Notes: generated by a model not told the origin, from the sequence alone. A stretch of DNA of 64,000 nt from Gnetum montanum (GCA_015680685.1 MNCI01000270.1:567854-631853); one strand, 5' to 3'. Positions 1 to 12,789 are shown, counted from the stretch's first letter. Numbers and translations: made by a program.

Positions 1-690
1 CGCCCAGCGTACACGCTGGGGTTTGGCCAGCGTAGACAGACTTTCGGGCCCCAGAAATGCATCTAAACATGCCAGAACTGAGCGTCCAGACCCCCCAGGA
101 CCTTCCCCAAAGTTCCCAGTAGCTCTTGGGCACCAAAAAATCAACCTTTGACCTTGAAATGAAGCATTTTCAGGTGTATACGCTAGGCACATTTTTGGCT
201 TACGCTGGCATGCTATACGCTTACGCTGGCATCCTCAACGCTCAGCATCCACTGCGTATATGCCCAGCGTATACGCCCCGGCGTATATGCCAGCAAATGT
301 AACACTTGTAAATTAAATCTGGCTAGATGTAGCGTATACGCCCAGCGTATACGCCCGGCGTAAGGCCAGCGTAGACAGACTTTCGGGCTCCAGAAATGCA
401 TCAAAACGTGCCAGAATCGAGCGTCCAGACCCCCCAGGACCTTCCCCAAAGTTCCCGGTAGCTCTTGGGCACCAAAAAATCAACCTTTGACCTTGAAATG
501 AAGCATTTTCATGTGTATACGCTGGGCACATTTTTGGCTTACGCTGGCATGCTATACGCTTACGCTGGCATCCTCAACGCTCAGCATCCACAGCGTATAT
601 GCCCAGCGTATACGCCCCGGCGTATATGCCAGCAAATGTAACACTTGTAAATTAAATCTGGCTAGATGTAGCGTATACGCCCAGCGTATT
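1..690 (+). repeat. 339-bp tandem repeat (two copies plus the start of a third) rich in the GCGTATACGC palindrome
   Basis: CGCCCAGCGT at 1, 339 and 678; CGTAGACAGAC at 31 and 370; units nearly identical. Confidence 0.95.
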
Positions 691-1264
691 CGCCCACGTG
701 TCTCCAAACCCGATTTTCCCGGTAACCCTTCCCCTATAAATAGCCCAGTTTTCTGCATTTTCAGGGACAAAAATTTCTAACCAGAGCCTAAAACCCTCTA
801 CGCTGGAAGTCCTGTACACTGACCACAGTCTCTACGCTCCACCTATAGTGTCCCAGCCGAGTCATTCCTGCTTACGCCGGGGCCTTTCGTCCGCCTTGTG
901 TCAAAGCCACAACTGCGTTTGGACCGGTGCACTTTGTAATCAATTCTTAATACAAAATAGTTTACATTTTGCTCTGATTTATTGCAGTTTTCTTCGTTTT
1001 TCAGTTTACGTTTACAGGCTCATTTACATTATCGTGCTTGTTTACGGTTTACATTTAACGCGCATTGTTTACGTATAACCCAACGTGTTATAGCGGCAAA
1101 CGTTGGGGAAGTCCTTGTTTGATCCACGTGCGGACCATTCAAGGCACTCTACCTTCGTCCGTTCCAGCTTGCCCTCAAGCGGAGGCAGGGTCGACTGTGC
1201 TTGTCCGTAGATCTTTCAGTGCTCGTAACGTTCCAGCCTTGCACCGACGATTTCGGTCGGTACA
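1..1264 (+). mobile_element. Element A: 3' portion of a young, CpG-rich LTR (3' or solo LTR) of an unrelated gypsy-like family, inserted into gag of element B
   Basis: U3-like tandem subrepeats, TATA box CCTATAAATAG at ~733-743, T-rich R/U5-like tract, and an end ...ACCGACGATTTCGGTCGGTACA (CA at 1263-1264). No PBS follows, and the sequence from 1265 is homologous to gag of D at ~20451. Confidence 0.7.
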
Positions 1265-4160
1265 GTAGGGATTCAAATAGAATTTGCATACGACTGTGAA
1301 GTAGGTATAGTATGAACATGCGGTAGGGTAGCCATGATTGGTGTGTGATGTGCTATAGGAATGGGCTGATGAACGGTTTGCAGAGGCATAGTTGCTACAA
1401 ATGAAATAGGGGAATAAGGGTGTTGATACGTCAGGAAGGTGACATGGCTAACCATTGTAGCTATGATTGTAGGCTGCGGGAGCATAGGCGTGATCATAAA
1501 GGGAGGGGTGACAGCCAATGAATTGGCCCAAAAGGACTAGGTAGGAGGAATCGTGATGGGGTTGGTTTGGCCTTCCTCATTGGATTGGGAATCAAGTTCC
1601 TCCTTCCTATCTTGGAAGAAGTCATCCTAGTTAGACATTGTATCCTGTTGCTTCCTAAGTCTGGCAAACTAGATTAGCTAGTCTAGAACCCTTTGATTTA
1701 TCTGTGTCAAAGGTATGGAAGCACCGGGAGTGGGAAAAAACTCCTTCCCATTACAGTAAGTGAACTAGAAGCTACGTTTTCCTTCGAATTCATGTACATC
1801 CAAAGGCAAGTTTTCCTGAACCTTTGCATAGAGGAAGTTATAGCACTCATATTGCTGGGTAAGCCCTTAGGTCCCCAGTTTTGGATCCTGATGGATCTAT
1901 GTGTTTCCTAAGTCGGGTTGAGTAGTTGTTCGACACATGTGATGCCTCGAACCATGATGGGAACTTCAATGTTGAAGGTATTAGTAGCAGTGGTAGTAGA
2001 AGTCATTGTTACTAAGCTAGACAGTTTTGCAAATGTGAAAAGAAAGGAACCGTTGAAGCGCAAAGAAAGCTAAATAGTTTTGTAAAGGAGAAGAACAAAG
2101 AAATTGGAAAGCAATAAAAAAGGGCTTTATGTCTTGCCAGGCTCCCGAGGAACCGTTGAAGCGACTGATCTATACCACACGATGCGTAAACAACTGCAAA
2201 AGGGTGTCATGTTTACGCTAGTGCATGATAGGGTACAGAACGTGTTCAAGACTACCGTAAGATAGGCAAGTCAGCTGGCGACCAGAGGCTTTATGTCCTG
2301 TAGTGTTCTTAAGGAATCATCGAGTTAACCGATATGCACCGCATGATGTGTAAACAACCATAGACAGGTGTCAAGTTTACGTTAATGCGTATCAGGGTGC
2401 AGAAGGCTTACAGGACTATCATCACACATGGAAAGGGCACCAAAAGGCCCTCTTTCTAGCACCAAAAAAATTGTAGCAACCAAAAATGTCGACGGCTGGA
2501 AAACACTGAGAGTTTGTTGGTCGTTGACAGTCTTAACCCTATTTTCATGGGAGGGCCATGTTGGATGGGATGAAAATGGGTTGCCCTGAATAGTTTGGTT
2601 AATCAAACACAAACTTAGTCAGTGTTAATATACCCTTTTGAAACCAAATAATTTTAAAATGAGACTAATAGCGCGAAGTAATGGTTAAATGTAAAAGGGA
2701 TGGAAAATAGTGTAAAAGGCAATAATAAGTAGGAGACAAAGTAAAATGCAGTTAGAAAAATGCCCCACTTCGAAGCTATGACTTCGCTGTACCAAGATGT
2801 ATACAAATAGTTGCACAACACTAAGAAGTGCAGAGATCTCGAGAGTAACCAAGACGTGTAGAGCAGGATGGCTGTGTGCTTGAATGTGGACTCAGGCGTT
2901 AACAATGCAAAGTACTACCAAGGTGGTAGAGAGGAGTAGAACAAAATGTCAACTGAGAGTGCTAACTGTTTACTATGTCAAAAAGAAAGCTTACAATGCT
3001 CAAGGTTATAATGCTAACTTTTTGCTTGTCAGCCAAAAAAATTGTTAGTCGACCAGATTTTTCCAAAAAATTGAACCAGGGCCTTTCGAACGTTGCTCAT
3101 TGGGATATTTATAGGACCAAGGGCACGTGAAAGATGCAGTTTGGATGCCATGTGCCATGGGCTCATGTTGACCTATCTATGCTGCACATGCCTGCATGAC
3201 CATTGGGTGAGTCTACCATGTCGTAATTACAAGCCTGCCACATTGTAATTGCACTGTCAGAGCAATGATGTGATTAGGTGAAGTGCATTGATGTAGCGTA
3301 ATTGCCTGCCATGCTTTGCTATGCTTTGTAGCATAGCATGTTTGGTATAGCATAGTATCTTGTCATGTTGTGCTACGCTACGCAGCGTAGTGTAGCATAG
3401 CGTAGCTGCTGGCTTGAAGAAAAAATTTGCGTTGTGTCCTACTGCACATGTTGGAAACTTTTAAAGTGCCCCGACTATTTATTGCATATTTGTTACACTG
3501 TGCTATGCTACGTGGTGTATCATAGTGTAGCACCTGTCCTTAGTTGCAAAAAACATAGCCAACCTGCAAACTTTTCCTTTTGCACTATGAAGCTTGTGAA
3601 GTTGCTAATCTTGCCCTTTGAGATGTCTTCTATCACTTTCATAGAATTGCTATGCCTCGCCGTGCCATGTAGCTTAGCATAGCGTAGTGGCCAACACGGC
3701 CTGCTTCTTTCCAAGTTCGTCACTTTCTGATCGAAGGATATATTGCTGAAGGACTTGAAGTTGGGCGAGGGAACTAACCATCTAGGTTTTTGCTACTCTA
3801 TGTTATGCTTCGTGGCATAGCATAGTGTACCACTACACTTCTGCAAACGTCTTCTAAAGTTTTCTATGCTACATAGTGTAGAAAAACTTCTTGACTTAGA
3901 AAAATTGCTGAAGCATTTTGCATGTTCTAAGCATCACCAACAATTCCATGCATCGCTCCTAAGTGCGCTATCAGCTGGATGAACTACTCAGGTGGGTAGG
4001 CTGGGGAATCTGTTTATCCTGTTAACACCTAGGGTAGAAAACCTGCTAAACTAGACAGTTTGAACATCAGAGCATCCATCTCCTGAAGAACTACCATAAT
4101 GATGCACGAATTGCAAAGACCTAGTGAAGCAAGCATGCCTTCAAATTTTGGGGTGTTTCA
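1265..4160 (-). mobile_element. Element B: 5' part of a Tat-family element (5' LTR, PBS, 5' UTR, gag N-terminus), inserted in gag of element C
   Basis: Collinear with D 20451-23749 and E ~48500-51756; gag ATG at ~2006. Confidence 0.85.
2472..4160 (-). repeat. 5' LTR of element B (1689 bp)
   Basis: Plus-strand ends TGTAGC (2472) and GGTGTTTCA (4160); reverse-complement TATA (TATTTATA) at ~3106-3113; PBS remnant CCCTCTTTCTAGCACCA at 2448-2464. Confidence 0.85.
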
Positions 4161-6576
4161 AATCTGAATCTTTGTTGTTGTAGTAGTGGCTGCACACTAT
4201 TATTTGTGTCTTTTCTATGTCTCTAACAGGAAAAGATTTAGATTGGTACTACACACTTCCACATGCCCCCATCTCAACACTAGAGGAGCTTCTGACCTAA
4301 TTCATGACCTGCTTCAAGTATAACTTGAAGCCCAAAGTCATGTTGGATCAGTTGATGGGCGTTAAGGAAGACCCGCTAGAGTTGGTTCAAATGTTTATAC
4401 AGTGGTGGAGTGCTACCTTGAATAAGATCTATGAGCCTATCGCAAAGGTCCATTTTCTGGCCATCTTCATGGGGGTGGTAAATGATTTCATCAAATCCAA
4501 GTTGTACTACCTAGCCCCATGCTCTCTCATTTAAGCTTTTACCTAGACAAAGAACATCTAAGACATAGCCAAAGCTAGTAAAGACCTGGCTTATGTTGCA
4601 TACAAAAATGCATATACCAGAAAAGACAAAGAGAAGGGCAAAGCCATAATGGCCACTGTGGCAAACAAGGCAAATCTCAATAGCAATAATAACAAAAAGG
4701 TGGCCACAATGTCAACTAATCCCATGTCTAGTTCAAGTAACATTGCCCAACCCTCCACGTTGGCACCAGAGGCATCAACCTAGCCTAAACCCAACTTCGA
4801 GCGTAAAGATTGCTCCAAATACACCCCTTTTTCCATTAAGCCTTTAGAACTCCTGAAGAAATTTTTGGGGGTTGGGTATATTCAACATAAAAAGATGTCT
4901 AAGGAGGCGACCAAATAGCATCAATGGTATTGTGATCTCCTTAGGAACCCCTCCTTGGCTATGCCCAACAAACTACCAGTTCCTAAGAACTTCAAGATAG
5001 AGCAGTTCTATGACTACCATCAAATTTGTGGTCATGACATGGATTACTATCTAGCATTAAAAGATGACATCCAATGGATGATTGATTAGGGGAAGTTAGT
5101 TCTAGATGAAAGCAATCGTGTCCACCTTGAAAATCAATCCATGTACTTCTACAAGGAGCCCCTCCTTGCTAACAACGTGGGGTACATTATCAACACGATT
5201 GGCTTAGATAGTAACCCATAACCACCATAGTAGCCATTTGTGATTCATGTGCCTCAATGTAGCATAGCAACATCAAAAATAGCAAAAAAGATGCCGCAAC
5301 AGCCATTCATCCTCAAGGTTCCCCCTCAGACATTCGCCCTTGCACCCTTCATATTCAAGACTGCATCGTCGCTTGTGCTAACGCCACAAGAACCATTTGT
5401 CATTAGGGGGCCAAAACACTCAACTTCCCCCATCACATAAAGCCAATCTAAGACGACATCATAGCCTTCCTATTCAAAGAAATGGGAAGAGCATCTGATG
5501 AATGAAATGGCCAAGGAATGTACTGCCCGAGGCCCCCCTCATCATCAATAGTTGACACCACTACATGCACACAATCATCGCCATCCCATCCAAAAGGGTC
5601 TAGCCCCAAACCTGAAATTGCTACTCCTCAAGAAATGCATCTTCTAGGACAAATGGAGGAAGAGAAGGATTACAACCAACAAGAAAGTGGACAGGACCTT
5701 CTAGACATCCTTACTCAAGTCAAATAGGCTCTGAAACAAAAGAATACAACCTTGATCCTGTACGACCCAGTAATGACCTCCACTATACACTGTGAGGCCT
5801 TGGTTTACATGTTAATGTCCATATTGTTTGATGAAAACATGCTAAAAGAGGAGAAAGCAATCCATGTGGTCATGCTTCCTTCTACACTCGAAGAACCATG
5901 GCTAGCTTAGTTGACATTTTGTGATAAGTCCATCAAGGATAACCCTGAGAAGGACTAGGCCATAATAGCACCCCTATTCATCATAATTTGGGTTGGTCAG
6001 CACAAGATCTAAAGAGTACATTTTGATGATGGTGCTGCTACAAATGTCATCTCATTCCCCATAGTGGAAAAATTGGGTTTGGTGGATCAAATCAAACCCA
6101 CGACAACCTCATGTTTGAATTCATTCATCAGAGCATGGGTAGTGGTAAAGGGGACTGTCCACATTAACTTTGTGGTAGGAGAGCAGTTCCCCACAACATT
6201 CATCATGGTAGAAGAGATTCCTAGGTTTAACTTAATCCTGGGGAGGTCATGGTTAGCCTAACTTAGGACCATCTCTTCATCCATACATCAAGAAATCCAC
6301 CTACCTTACACAGGTAGGGAGGTGGTGATTTACAGTCACGAAGCCACCACCCAAGCAATAAACAATGTTGACATGGAGCAAGGTTCAGAAGTAATAACCT
6401 CTGAGAATGAAACACCTATCTCCACCGAAGCTTCTTTTATAGAAAATGAGCTAGCCCAAGATGCTAGCTCAGAAAATAAAACTACATGGGAAAAATTACC
6501 TTTTCAAGCAATAGATAACAGTATAGAAGAATATTGCAACAAAGCCACTCAGCCTTACGCATCACCGAGCCCATGA
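4161..6576 (+). pseudogene. Element C: degenerate gag (capsid region, CHHC-type knuckle) and aspartic protease
   Basis: Fragments FKYNLKPKVMLDQLM and YDYHQICGHDMDYYL, protease HFDDGAATNVI...FNLILGRSWL; many stops; homologous to gag-PR of D and E. Confidence 0.85.
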
Positions 6577-6754
6577 TGGATCAGAAAGTAGCTCCGAGGA
6601 TAATTGTTACTTGCGTAGTGTAACAACTCCACTGTGTCAGAAAAAATTAATGCTTATCATATGTTTATTCTTTGTTTGCTTCACATTCATTCGTTTACGT
6701 TAAGTGTTTACCTCATTCTTTAAACTGTTCACATCACATCCACTATTTACATCA

Positions 6755-6890
6755 CGCCATGGCCCGCTAAGGCCTAAAATTGGCAAACATTTTCTTTACC
6801 ATCATGTGATGGCCTGAAATGGCCTAAAACAAGCAATGGCTCAAAATGACCTTAAACTATTGTTGCGGCCCAAAATGGCCTAGAACTAAA
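6755..6890 (+). repeat. Degenerate AATGGCCTAAAA tandem array downstream of the protease (element C)
   Basis: Reverse complement of the arrays at 17200-17450 and 45210-45350. Confidence 0.7.
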
Positions 6891-8547
6891 ACGAGATGCT
6901 CCCAAGGAGTTTAATTAATAAAAAAAAGATAAAGAATAAAATGAAAAATAAATACACCACATAAGCCAAAATGAAATAAATCTCTTCATATTCCATTTTT
7001 TTCTTTCAAAATATTAATTAGTAATGTTTAAAACATTCTTTGTGAGAATCCAAATAAAATTATCTGCTGCTACGCTATGACCCTTTGCCCGCTCCATCGT
7101 CCCCTATCTCATTAGGTCTTGTGTTTTCATTTGGATTTTGTACCACATGGAAAATGAAATAGTCAGTTAAAGTTACAGTAAGGACTCGAATAAAATAAAT
7201 TATCACAACACCAAAGAATGACTGACCCAAGATGACCCTACATATTTTTCAGGGGGTATTTGATACATGCTTTCCGCCAGACATTGCAAGATCTCCTCCT
7301 CTGTAATATCAGCCTAATTCCTATCTCTCAAATCAAAGCTTGCTATAACTTTCTCCTTTTCTATGGCTATCCATCTTGGTGGTCCTGGAGAAAAGGTGGC
7401 AGTGGTGGTCTCACCCATGGGAAAGGTCATTTCCCTTTTGGGAGATTCATTGACTATCACCTATTACATAAACCTATCATATGCCCTAGAGGCATCCTGA
7501 TATTGTTTACGGTAGGTGGAACGTTCTAGTTTATACATGTGTTTGTGGTTTTTTTGTGCCTGCCCCCACTCATAAACTTTTGCACTATAGTCCTTCTAGT
7601 CTTGGTTTTTTTGAGCTAGTAGGTCCATTTGCAAGCACTATTCTATTATTTCATGAGTGGCCTCATTGTTGTGTCTCACAGTCATCCAATACCTTGCGTA
7701 GTTGATGACAGCCATGCACCAACTACCATCATTAGTGTTTTGGGCCAACAAGAATTCATTCTTGGATTGGAGATCTTCAACCTCAGTGGTCAGATTGGCC
7801 TTCTCCTTCTCAAGCCTCTATACCCATTTCTAGAGGTCTTCATTCACACACTTGCACTCCCACAAGGGGTGTGCCAAGTACAACACACATTGGCTTGCTT
7901 CGTCGTATATGCAATGAGGTACTTCGGTTACCTCTAGTGGAAATTTGGGCATGACGTCAACCTCAACCACTTTCTCAGGATCCCACTTAAGATGAGAGGC
8001 TACCAACTGCACATAGAAAGGCATTAGTCATAGTGGCATAGTGAAGTAAAAACAATTTAGAGAGTCTAGCGTAGCAACTTTAACTTAGCCACTTCCAGGT
8101 GGATCTGCTTCAGATGGTCGATCATGTTGTCAACCATCCCCTCCATGAAAGTAAATTTGTTGAGGGTCTCAGTCCATGGTCACAAGTGAATCAAGGAAGG
8201 CCCAAAGGTATCAACAGTGGTGTCAGCTGCATAGTGAAATGTGTTAGCCATAGTGGAGAGGAACCATGATAAAGCTGATGAACAACATAATTGATAGTGT
8301 AAAGTTCCTATCCACCAAACCTTCAGGGGCGATAGCAGGGGGGGTGGTGGGGCACGGGGGGAGGGGCAGGGGGAGGGGAGGGGGGCACAGGGGTCATCAA
8401 TAAGCACACTATCAAATATGCAATCAAACTTACCAGTGTCAAAATGAAGCCCCTCTCCTTCTAGCTAACCCAACAACATAGTAGCATCCTCAATGCTCAT
8501 GTGCCCCTTCAGTATTGAACTACTCTTCGCAAAAGGATCATCAACAG

Positions 8548-10147
8548 TGAAACACCCCAAAATTTAGAGACATGCTTGTGATTCATGCAGCGTTACTGTA
8601 GTTCTTCAAGAGATGGATGCTCTGATTTTTAGACTGTTTGCTTCAGCAAGTTTTCTAAGTCAAGGAATCTTGCTTGACTATGCTATGCCATGTAGCATAG
8701 TAAACTTCAGACGAAGTTTGTAGAAGCACAATGTTATGCTACGTAATGTAGCACAACATAGCAAAAGCTTGATGATTAGTCCCCTCGCCTGACTTCAAGT
8801 CCTTCAGCAATGTCTCCTTTCGTCAAAAAGCGATAAACTTTGTAAAAACAAGCCATGTTTGCTGCTACGCTACACTAAGCTACAAGGTGAAGCAATTCTA
8901 CAAAAGTGATAGAAGACAACTCGGGGCAGGATCAACAAGTTTGCAAGTTTCGTAAAAAGGCAAAGTTTGTAGATTGACGAAGTTTTTTATGACTAAGGCT
9001 AGTTGCTACACTATCATACACTACGTATCGTAGCATAGCATGGAAAAAATGTGACAAACAGTTAGTGCACTTTAAGGGTTTCTAACGCATGTAGCAGGAC
9101 ATAATGCAAGTTTCTCATTTCAAACCAGTAGCGACGCTACATTACGCTACGTAGCATAGCACAACGTAACAAGATGCTACGCCACACCAAACATGCTACA
9201 CTACAAAGCATCAAAATGTGGCAAGAAGTTATGCAACATCAGTGCACTTCACCTAATTGCACCGTTGCTCTAACAGCATAATTATGGCATGGCAGGCTTG
9301 CCCAATAGTCATATAGGCATGTGTAGCATAGACATGTCAGCATAAGCCCAAGGCACGTGGCATCCAAACCACATCTTTCGCGCACCCTTGGTCCTATAAA
9401 TGCCCTAATGAGCGACGTTTAAACTCTCTCTGGATTTTTTGTCTCTTGCACATTTTCTTCTCTCTGGTTCTCTCTCTCTAGTCCCCTCTTTTTGAACTTT
9501 TCGATCTAAGGGACTTCCTTTGTAGCTTCTCAGTCCCCAATCTATTTTCTTGACAATCTGGTTGGCTAATAGTCTGGTTGGCTGACAAGAGAAAAGGTTG
9601 GCACTGTAACCGCAAGCATTGTAAGCTTTCTATTTGACATTGTAAATAGTTAGCATTTTCAGTTGGCATTCTATTCTGTTCTTTTCTACCACCTTGGTAG
9701 AACTTCGTATTGTTGATGACTGATTCCACGTTCGAGCACATAGTTGCCTTGCTCTACACGTCTTAGTTACTCTCAGGATCTTTGCACTTCTCAATACTAT
9801 GCAACTGATTTTATCCATCTTAATAGAGCGAGGTCATAGCTTCAAAGCAGTGCATTTTTCTAACTATGTTTTACTTTATCTCCTATTTACTATTGCATTT
9901 TACACTAGTTTTTTGTCTCTTTTGCATTTAAGCATTACTTCATGCTACCAGTCTCATTTTTCTTTTAATCACACATTGCAAAAGGTTATATTAACACTGA
10001 CTAAGCCCCTATCTAATCAACCAGACCATTCAGGGTGCCCCATTTCCATCCCATCTAGCATGGCCCTCTCGCAGAAATGGGGTCAAGACTATCAACGATT
10101 GACAACCCCTCTGCATTTTCTAGCCACCGATGTTTTCATTCGCTACA
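8548..10147 (+). mobile_element. LTR F: solo-type Tat-family LTR (1600 bp) inserted in the antisense gene of C
   Basis: Starts TGAAACACCCC, ends CGCTACA, TATAAA at 9395-9400; no PBS or PPT; resembles the LTR of B; flanks AACAG/AGAAG (no clean TSD). Confidence 0.85.
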
Positions 10148-10325
10148 AGAAGGGGCCTCTTCCTAATTTCCAGGAGCCTCTTCCTCATTGGCTAGGCCCC
10201 TTTCTTTGTTGGTAGGGGCCTCCTCTTCATTGGCAGGGACCTCTTCCTCACTAGCCAAGGCCCTTTCTTCTATATTAGGAGCCTCTTCTTCATCGGCTGG
10301 GGCCCTTTCCTCTGTGGCCAAAGCC
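10148..10325 (-). repeat. 21-bp coding tandem repeat (7-aa acidic unit, ~PxNEEEA)
   Basis: Minus-strand translation ATEERAPADEEEAPNIEERALASEEEVPANEEEAPTNKERGLANEEEAP. Confidence 0.75.
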
Positions 10326-12718
10326 TCTTAATTTTTGCCAATCTCCCTTATTGTAGGGGCCACCACCTCTTCTTCCCCTTCTTCCTCTGCTAATAAATCT
10401 TAGTCATAATTAGCTAATTATGCCAACTTGAAGTAGTTGTTACATTGTGCAACGCTACCTAGTGTAACACAGTGTAGTGAAGTTTGAGCCATAGCTTCTT
10501 CCCTCTTTCCTCATTTGTGTAGGGAAGTTCCTTGGCTAGGAGAGATCACTTGCGTTGCAACTTAGTTATCACTATCTCTACAATGAGGCATTACCCCCTT
10601 GTCACATTGCCAGTGGTAATGGGGGGTGCCTCTCCCATGCTGTCTTGGGCACAAAAGTTTTGTGCCACCTAATCCCTGGTTGTCATTAAAAATGATTCCC
10701 CAATAGCTTTTGGGAAGTCTTGAGATGGGGTGGTATGGAAGACTTGGAAAATGCACAACTTGGAAATTTGGCTACGCTCTTGTAGTACCCAGACCCCATT
10801 CTCGCGAACTATCAAGAATTCCACAAAACACTGAAGGCAGGCTATGAAGAAGGCATGATGCATGTTGAAACAAGACTCAAGCTTCCCGTGGAGCTTGACC
10901 ATTTTAGCTTGCAAGCCTTTGCAAAGGTGTTTGGCCCAATTTTAATGAGTCCCCTCTTTCATGACATCCCTCATTATCCAAGCCTACTCAATTCCAAGGA
11001 TTTTTCCTTGGGAGAGTAACTTGAGGAAGGCACGAGCATGGAAGACAAGGTAGATCATTTTGGCCACCCATAGCCTGACCTTCTCAATGTCGATTTCTTT
11101 TTGATCCTTTGCTGCCCCTAGCCACTCCTCAATGTCCCCATAATGGTTTGCATCTTTCTTATATTTTTCTCCTACGGGAAGACCATCAGAAGGGACATCG
11201 AAAAGATCTGCAAACAATTGATCATTGATTTCAAACACCACTTGCACACTGTGAACACGTGTGTGGAAGTGGTTTGCCTTCTCAAAGAAATAGTTGGATA
11301 AGGAAAGAATTTTGGTAGGTAGGACATTTGGGATGATGGCCAAAAATAAGTCCATGAGCCTAGCCTCCTAAAGGTTGTGGACAAGTGTGGTTGGGGCCCC
11401 ATTGCAGAGCCAACACTGGGTCTCCTCCACCTCCCTATACTTGAAAAAGAGGTTGGCTTCGTTGTGCCCAGAGGTTATCATAGTCACATCTTGGATTTCC
11501 TAGCCATTGAAATGGTTTACAAAATACAAGAGGAAAGTTAGAAAAAAAATGATCATTTGAACATGTAACAGTGAATTCACAGTTTAGTGTAATAGGTTTA
11601 AATGGCGTGGGAAATGGTGGGAGATCCATCAACACATCTTCAACGGTGAGCGACCTAAGGGATGCCCACTTTCTATCCAACCAACTAGCTTCTTTACACT
11701 TCCCATAAAATTGGGAATACCAGGCTGGATAGGTTTTGAACTCATCCCCAAATTGTCCTATTATGCCAACACACACATTCCCAGTAGAGGAAAAATCTTG
11801 CAGGGCCATCTGTGCCAACACCAATGCATCTGTATCACCGTGGAGACCACTCCTGTCAATAAAAAACTTGGAAACACAAATATATATATATATATATATA
11901 CACACATTGTTAATACCTGTGTCTAGCATATCATGGATTACACAACACGATAAAATACCTTCATAGAACTCACCCGTTGGCATAATAAATGGTTGTAGGT
12001 GGGTTCTAAAAGTAGGTGCCTATGTGACAGGCAATGAATAACATGTTGTAGAAGTGATAGCACTTATACTTAGGCATCTCCCAGATCCAACATAAGCATC
12101 TCAAGCATTTTGGATGTTGGTTGGAATCTTCTGCTTGATCACCCTCGATTGACGATTTTCTTGGTCAGGGCCGTGGCGTACCACCTAGGCACAAGGATCT
12201 AGGATAGTTCAAGACATAGTCATTGTTGATGTAAATTGCAACTTGTATATGGATGCCAAATCACTAGTTTAAATGTCATTTTTTGTTGCCATATCATGAC
12301 ATGCAACATCTTGCTGTGCTAAATAACGATACGAGAGATAGCATCGCGAACATGAGACGTATCGGGCAATTAATGCAGGAATGAAGGCACGAAACTGTTA
12401 AGGACTATGCTATCCTTATGTCGAGGCGCACTAGGTGATTGCTGACACAAGAAGCGTAATTACTTCATTCGACGTCATTGCAGACTACGGCCATTATTAG
12501 TTGAAATATTATCATATCATTTTTATTTTCGAGAAGGCAAGTAACTGACTTGGAACATGTCGAGGTTTAAATGCTAATAGTGTCGTGATGTCATGGTGAG
12601 CATNAAGGTTTAAATGCTAATAGTGTCGTGATGTCATGGTGAGCATGCTACACCATCCGCCGTCGCCCGCCTCAATCGGAGAGAGAGAAAAGAAGTTTTT
12701 CAATTTTGCTATTACTAC

Positions 12719-12726
12719 CATAAATA
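12719..12726 (+). promoter_or_regulatory. TATA-like box (CATAAATA) of the antisense gene in D, preceded by a GA-rich tract
   Basis: Conserved in E at 40590-40597; lies ~70-100 bp upstream of the first coding segment. Confidence 0.5.
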
Positions 12727-12789
12727 GGGGTTGAATCATGGTAATTTCATTGTTTTTGCTCTAGAAGCACATAATCCTTGTCGGAGCAC

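Larger units (their letters stand above)
7200..12147 (-). pseudogene. Antisense accessory gene of element C (divergent copy, 5'-truncated at ~12147, interrupted by LTR F)
   Basis: Minus-strand translations CWIWEMPKYKCYHFYNMLF, LAQMALQDF, MDLFLAI...INDQLFADLFDVPSDG and LKWDPEKVVEV match the plus-strand gene in D and E; GT-AG intron at 11973-11853. Confidence 0.8.

Noticed and set aside
4161-8547. Inversion or giant TIR element bounded by inverted LTRs B and F
   Set aside because: The antisense gene of C has the same orientation on both sides of F, so these are two independent insertions.
11435-11983. 182-aa ORF as an intact gene
   Set aside because: It reads through an intron with a (TA)n run and is part of the decayed antisense gene.
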